From NCBI GenBank assembly GCA_020137815.1, contig CM035359.1:682001-746000 (forward strand): a DNA stretch of 64,000 nucleotides, given 5' to 3'. Positions 14,787 to 64,000 of the stretch are shown here, in pieces; positions within the stretch are counted from its first letter, which is position 1; each line of letters opens with the position of its first letter. A program made the translations under genes and the position numbers. Source of the stretch: Hormiphora californensis (lineage: Eukaryota > Animalia > Ctenophora). The notes beneath the pieces were generated by a model. That model saw only the letters and a program-made list of their open reading frames with translations. It ran no database searches and was not told where the DNA came from.

Positions 14787-17700
14787 AAAGATAGAGAGAA
14801 AGATAGAGTGCATGCAAGGGTTGGACTGTGGCAACCCATTGGACTATTAAACGTGTGGCTAACCCCCCCCCCTTAACACAGCCCTAGTACACACAGACAA
14901 CCACACTGCAGAACACACGTAACACAGTTAGGTTACTAAGTTCCTAATAATTTTACATATTCAATGTGTAATAATTCGTTAATTATCATTAATTATCTCC
15001 CGCAATCCCACTCCAAATCCAATCTGTCTAATCGACCTTTGTTTGCACATAATCATCATAATATCAGACAGTTGAATCATTATAGTTTGAGAGACAATTG
15101 TTTTCAAGAGATAGTTGAATCGATAAACGGAGATCTGATTTAGTGAAACAGTTCGGTGAGCAGCAATTTGCGGATTTTAATTTTAATAAGTCAGGACGTC
15201 ACTGGAGAGGGGAGAGAGAGAAAGAGAAAAAGGGGGAAAGAAAAGGGGAAAGAAGGATAAAGAATTTTCCCCCTTTTTGGGTTTCCCTCTCTCCTCCCCC
15301 CCCCTCGTTCTCTCTCTTCCTTCCCTTTCCCTCTTCCCGCCTCTCCCTCTTCCGGGTTTTTTGGGGGGGGGGGAAAATACTGCATGTTTTTTCCGGTTTT
15401 TAAATTTCCCCCACCCCTGTGGTAATCACTAAAACAAAAAAAACAACAACAGCAGACAACACACAAAACACGGAAAGTAGACACAGTAGGAAACTCATAC
15501 AGTGGCGCTAGAGAGTGTAGTTCATTTTCACCTATGTTGCAGGATAGAGTCACACAGCTGTTTCTACGTGACATGTTGAAGCGATAATAATCTCGCACCC
15601 TCCGCTCCATATTCCACACCATATTCCATAGCCCAACACCCTATCCCAGCTGATATTATAATGTGGTCTACTCAGCTGTATAAAGTTTATATAAAGTGTA
15701 TTATACTCACCGTGTCAACAAGTGCCCCATCTCGGAACCATTTTGGTAGTGCAGGAGGATTACTGATTGGCATTGTACAGTTTAGCACATGTATCTTGGT
15801 AGTAGATATCAATTCAACACTCTGGAGGGGTGTAATTAATTAGTAATTAGGGACACTCTGGAGGGGTGTAATTGATTAGTAATTAGGGTGTAGTTAATAA
15901 TAATAATCGATAGTTTGTGAAAATGTTTGGGATTTATGTAATATGTTCCTATTATTGAGATATGATTTAGAGGGTCCAGTATTTCTGGGATATGCTTGTT
16001 CCTTATTTCCCTTCCTAGTGTTCCCTATGCTCAAGTGAGGGTGGTCGCTGCAGAGAAATCATAGTACAGGATGCAGGAAGATATTGTAGAAAATCAGGAG
16101 AATTGATTGAGATTTAGTTCAATTACCATGCAGTGCGATCTAGCCAGTTAAATTTTCAGAGAGACAGAGACAAAGAGAGAGAAATATAAAGAGATAAAAA
16201 TAAGACAGAGATAGGTAAAGCAAAACTGCAGTTTAATGTGTTAGAGTAGTTTATTTCAACACTTTACTAGAGCACATTCCACAGCTGTTGTATTACTACA
16301 CTTTTGATCTGTCTACAGAACAGAAAATACACTCTCAAGGATTATTATTATTCGAAATTTCTGTTTAAAACTCTAAAGGATTATTTTTGTTCGGAATGAC
16401 TGTTCAAAACTCCCAAGGATTATTTCTATCCTGGACAAGTACCTTTGTTATGAATTGTTCGGGTCGCTGAAGGTAGTAATCATGCACCCAGAGAAACATC
16501 ACAGAGCTGTATAACGTAATGTCTGCCTCGTCACTAAAGAAAAGATGTGTCATTATAATATGCTTCTATCAATTCCTTCAAATATAATGTAGGCATATGT
16601 CACAAAATAATATCTGTTTCTCATTTAAACTCTAAAGTTTTGTTTCTATTCGGAATTACTAACCTGACGACGCACTGATAATACCCCTCATCCTGAGCTG
16701 TAACTCGAGGAATCAGCCAAACTGCTGTGTTGGTCTCCAAATCAGCCTCAACCTCACCAAGCTGTGGGACAAAAACAATGTTACTAAAACATGTTAGAAA
16801 CAATGTTACTAAAACATGTTAGAATTATAGTTATTGAAACTAAAACATGTTAGAATCATTGTTACTAAAACATGTTAGAATCAATGTTACTAAAACATGT
16901 TAGAATCAATGTTACTAAAACATGTTAGAATCAATGTTACTAAAACATGTTAGGAGTAATAGAATTATCATTGTTATTGAAACTAAAACATGTTAGAATT
17001 GATGTTAAACTGCCCCAATGTAGCATTCAAACACCCCAGTCAGATGGCAACAAGATACATAAAAAGCTAAATGTGTTGCTGTGTGTATTCATAGACACAA
17101 CAAAAAACAAACACACATGTGTGGCATGTTCGAAAATACACGAGCCTTCTGCAAGGTGCTAACTGCATCCCAAGAGAGAGTGAGAGAGAGAGAGAGATAT
17201 AGATAGAGAGTGAGAGAGAGAAATAGGGATAGGGCGTTGGCTATGCTGCATCCCACGGGCCCACGCGACAAAAAATTTCAGATCCAAATGAAATAATAAT
17301 TGGGGTCCGACAGTATGAAATAATTGAAAAAACAAACCCAGAAAGCCCTAAACATGAATAAACCTTTGTTTTTAAAGCAAATTGATGTTGGCCCTGAATC
17401 GACTGATAAATCGTGTTAGAATACAGAAAATCGAAATGATAAATCTAGATGCTTTCCAAACTTTTCTTGAGTTCTCTTCTTTTTTCACACCACTCCCCTC
17501 TCCTCCCAGGCATCACCCCCTCCACCCACCCCTCCAGGCCTCCACCCACCCCTGTCCCCTCCACCCAGCCCTCCACCCCTCCCCCTCCACCCCTCCATCC
17601 TACCCCTCCCCTCCTATTTTACCAGTTACCTGAGACATCATGCTAAGTTGAGGAGTGGATCCCTTGTAGAAAGTATACCACCCCTCCCCGTTCCCTCCAC

Positions 17701-17865
17701 CCACCATTACCCCTTCCACCCACCCTTACCCCTCCCCCTCCATCCTCCCCCTCCCCGAGGTTTTACCTGGGACATCATGCTAAGTTGAGGAGTGGATCCC
17801 TTGTAGAATGTATACGTCAGCTCGCCAATACCACCTGTTGCACCGCACTCAATACGAACAAGCAT
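537..17865 (-). CDS. Multi-exon immunoglobulin-superfamily (I-set repeat) cell-adhesion-like protein, L1CAM/contactin/hemicentin-like; continues beyond left edge, 5' end uncertain
   Basis: Manually spliced GT-AG exons, 5'->3': 17767-17865, 16664-16761, 16443-16533, 15711-15821, 14194-14257, 12914-13042, 11920-12009, 11626-11707, 11101-11223, 10095-10167, 9801-9904, 8481-8592, 6099-6219, 5896-5996, 5542-5625, 5257-5393, 4607-4714, 4382-4457, 3044-3168, 1759-1924, 1524-1622, 830-901, 537-683. They encode repeated Ig motifs, e.g. VRIECGATG..DEGYYQCVV, LNCTMPISNPPALPKW..GVYTCSAFN, EDGGVYQCKAFN, LTCEFTGGPVPAMIW..DTGIYVCGA, LVCSVYGKP..GNYTCNSTN, ITCNATGYPP..GGNYSCTSSN, LQCSAAGEP..FNCSARN. Phases are consistent except for two apparent +1 nt indels. 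Confidence 0.85.
5718..5790 (+). mobile_element. tRNA-derived sequence (SINE head or tRNA pseudogene)
   Basis: 73-nt cloverleaf-like sequence with an A-box-like TACCTCAATAGGTAGAGC and B box GGTTCGAGCCC. Mismatches in the acceptor, D and anticodon stems argue against a functional tRNA. Confidence 0.65.
11340..11612. repeat. 21-bp minisatellite (GAGATATAGTTTAGAAGGGGC)n
   Basis: Direct tandem units next to an Ig-gene donor site. Confidence 0.85.
13718..13960. repeat. G-rich minisatellite GGGCC(A/TA)GTCTG(G)n
   Basis: Tandem units with long G runs, so G-quadruplex potential. Confidence 0.8.
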
Positions 17866-18360
17866 CTGCAGAGGAAACAAGTGGGGGTTACTACTACTAC
17901 TAATAAGTGGGGATTATCTGTTCAATTATTAGACAATTGACAGACTCATGGGTTCAAGATGAAATTTAACAGTTTTTATCGCTTGATAACACTGCAAGAA
18001 TATTCAAATTATAACGAACCTCTCGGGTAACAGATTGCTTTTCAGGCTGCTTAAAGAACTGAAGATAGGGTAGGGCATCTTGAGACAATCTGAAAGTAGT
18101 AGGTAGGGAGTAAACACACACACGCTGGGTATAGGGACAATCTGAAAGGATCATTCTAGCTCTTATTTCTTGATTTGATAAAATAAAACCACGGTCTAAT
18201 TTCCTCTAACTCACGTTATTTGGAAAAAGGTAAAAAGTAGCGGAGCAATCATTGAAGTAAATCTATCACATCACATCTGGTAGGTCATAACAAGCTGGAA
18301 TTAGTTTGTTAGCTGGAGATGGTTGGTTGGTCACAGTCTCTGATGAGTGATGATGAGTGA

Positions 18361-18561
18361 CAGTGCTGCTTGCAGTCAGAATACGGTAATACAAAATACA
18401 GTAATCTGCGCGGAATTTGCGTAACGCACAAGGGCTTTTGTCAACAATCTGTTAAAAGTACTTTTTGTCAGCACGTACTAACGCGCTGATTAGCCACGGT
18501 TGCGCGCCTTCATACAGTGTCTCCGTTTTCCATTACCGTATTCTGACTGCAAGCAGCCGTG
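18361..18561. mobile_element. Short MITE; related copy at about 37617-37800
   Basis: TIR GCTGCTTGCAGTCAGAATACGGTAAT / ATTACCGTATTCTGACTGCAAGCAGC. The interior is similar to 37650-37780. Confidence 0.6.
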
Positions 18562-20386
18562 TGATTGGGTGAGTGGTGGTGAGGTTGGGAAAAGGCACGC
18601 TGCATTGAAACATATTTTGTAGGATCTTTGGACCATTCAATAAAATATTTCTCCGTTTTTGGCGGAGCTGTTGAGTCGGGACTGCAGGGAAGCCCAACAG
18701 TGGGCCAACTGTCCCATTGACAGTCCCAACTGACCCAAGAGTAACAGCGAAAGTTTCCTGGTCGCAAGCAACAAGTTGCTATAACCAGCGAAGATCCTAA
18801 ACCGTCTGTATGAATCCTCACAGAAATCGAAAATGAAAAAAAGCTCTCTTGTACTAAAAGTTTTAGTCTAAAACTTTGGTTCTGAGAGTGCTCGGACGTT
18901 CACAGTAGATGTGCTCTCTCGCACCAGTAACAGGTTGTTCTATTAAGCAATTAAACTTACAATAAATCTAATATATCTCATCGGAACAGAATAACGGGAA
19001 ACTTAAATTAAAAACATTTAAACATTTAAAAAATTTGTTTGTTGTGAATTTTATTTTGATTTTATTCAAAACATCGCGCGGCGCGGCGCCATCTAGTTTT
19101 GTTATTTTGGCGCATTACATTTGTGAGACGCCGCGCGATATTTTGAGTCGATTTCGGCACACAACAACTCAGCTCACGGCAAACGTTAATTTTTTAAAAT
19201 CGACACTTCGGTGTTGTACCACTTTGCAGGTTCACTCTGTGACCGATCGTGGTGTGCGTTTATTATCTGAGACCCCGGTGTCGGATTGCTGTTCAGTTCT
19301 TAATTTTTTCCCCGCCCGGTGAATGCATTCACCCGGATGCCTTTTGTAAAAAGGCATAGGGGTTTAGAATTCGACAATTTTATTTTACATACTAGTGAAG
19401 TGTCACGCTTTACCTGTAACGTAACCTCCTGAGTTGCTGTTGGCAACTATCCAGTGCGGAATGCTGTCACTTACTGACTGAACACAACAGGAAGTTTTTG
19501 CGCGCATGTGCGCGGCGCCTTTATGTTGCACTTGCAATTACAATTGTTCATAGATTTGTCATCGCGCCCTACGTCATTGTGCAATGAACATTGTTCTGCA
19601 TTTGTGATCGGAACTGCGACTTATTATTACTAGGATATCACATAGCTCAGGCAACCCATCAGCTATACCGGCTCACGTATCAGTGCCCAATTAGAAGCAG
19701 GTGTGGCAACTGGCACATGCCAGATCATATGGTTGGCGGGGAAATCAGGCGGTATGGCATTATACCGCAATTATTCTTGTTTAAAAACTCGAAAGTTTCG
19801 ACTCGAAGCAACAATTGAAAAGCGCTGCCTTATCCCCCGCAGCGTTCGCTAATTGAAAAGCGCTGCCTTTAGCCTTATCCTGCGTTTGCCGAAAACAACA
19901 ACGAACAGCGGCTGCACGTAGCGAATTCTATTTGCACAACGATCCCAGGGGCGACGTGCACCCAGTTCTTTGTTGTTTCGCTTCCACTTAAACATCTGTG
20001 TTTTGATTGTCACCACTTACAGTTTTCTGGCGTAAGGGTTACTAATCCGAACCAAGTTAGCACTGTGATTCGGGTTCGGGTTTGGGCCTGTAATTTCCTA
20101 ATTCCTATCATATGAACTTTGAACACCCAGACACCTGATTTCTGTGTCCCAATTTCGAGGCTAGGGGAATTCCGACTGCAGCTGTACAGCTAATAACCAG
20201 ACCTCGTGTGGCGGTCCCTGACTAGAATAGAATACCGCAGCAACTGGGAATTTTGGCCAGACACCATTTTACAATAATTACTATTATTTGGGTAGTACTA
20301 TGTCATACTACCATTACAAACGTGAATCTATGATAGCTAAATACCTATATATCCTCATCGTATAGCATGCAATAAAATGACGTTGG

Positions 20387-64000
<43,614 letters not shown>

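Overview
This is an intron-rich animal genomic window; the GRL101-like GPCR motifs suggest a ctenophore, which is inference only. Two host genes sit head-to-head. On the minus strand is a multi-exon Ig-superfamily cell-adhesion-like gene (537-17865, running off the left edge). On the plus strand is a FAM135 (DUF676/alpha-beta hydrolase) gene with 21 reconstructed exons (20387 to the right edge). FAM135 intron 16 is about 25 kb and holds three antisense, partly degraded copies of a GRL101/LGR-like GPCR, each preceded by a 12-bp satellite. Mobile elements include an apparently intact L2/CR1-group LINE inside a foldback element, a Penelope GIY-YIG fragment with a minimal hammerhead ribozyme, a Helitron derivative, two inverted Crypton-like elements, hAT/Kolobok/Mutator-like MITEs, a tRNA-derived SINE and a LINE 3' fragment. 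Two unexplained patterns sit at exon borders. First, intron ends are packed with perfect, often tandemly amplified transcription-factor consensus palindromes (RFX X-box, SRF CArG plus E-box, CRE, TAATTA). Second, at least 15 splice junctions are tandemly duplicated into the intron, and the exon-proximal copy gives the conserved reading frame. Parts of 37.6-48.3 kb look like low-accuracy assembly.
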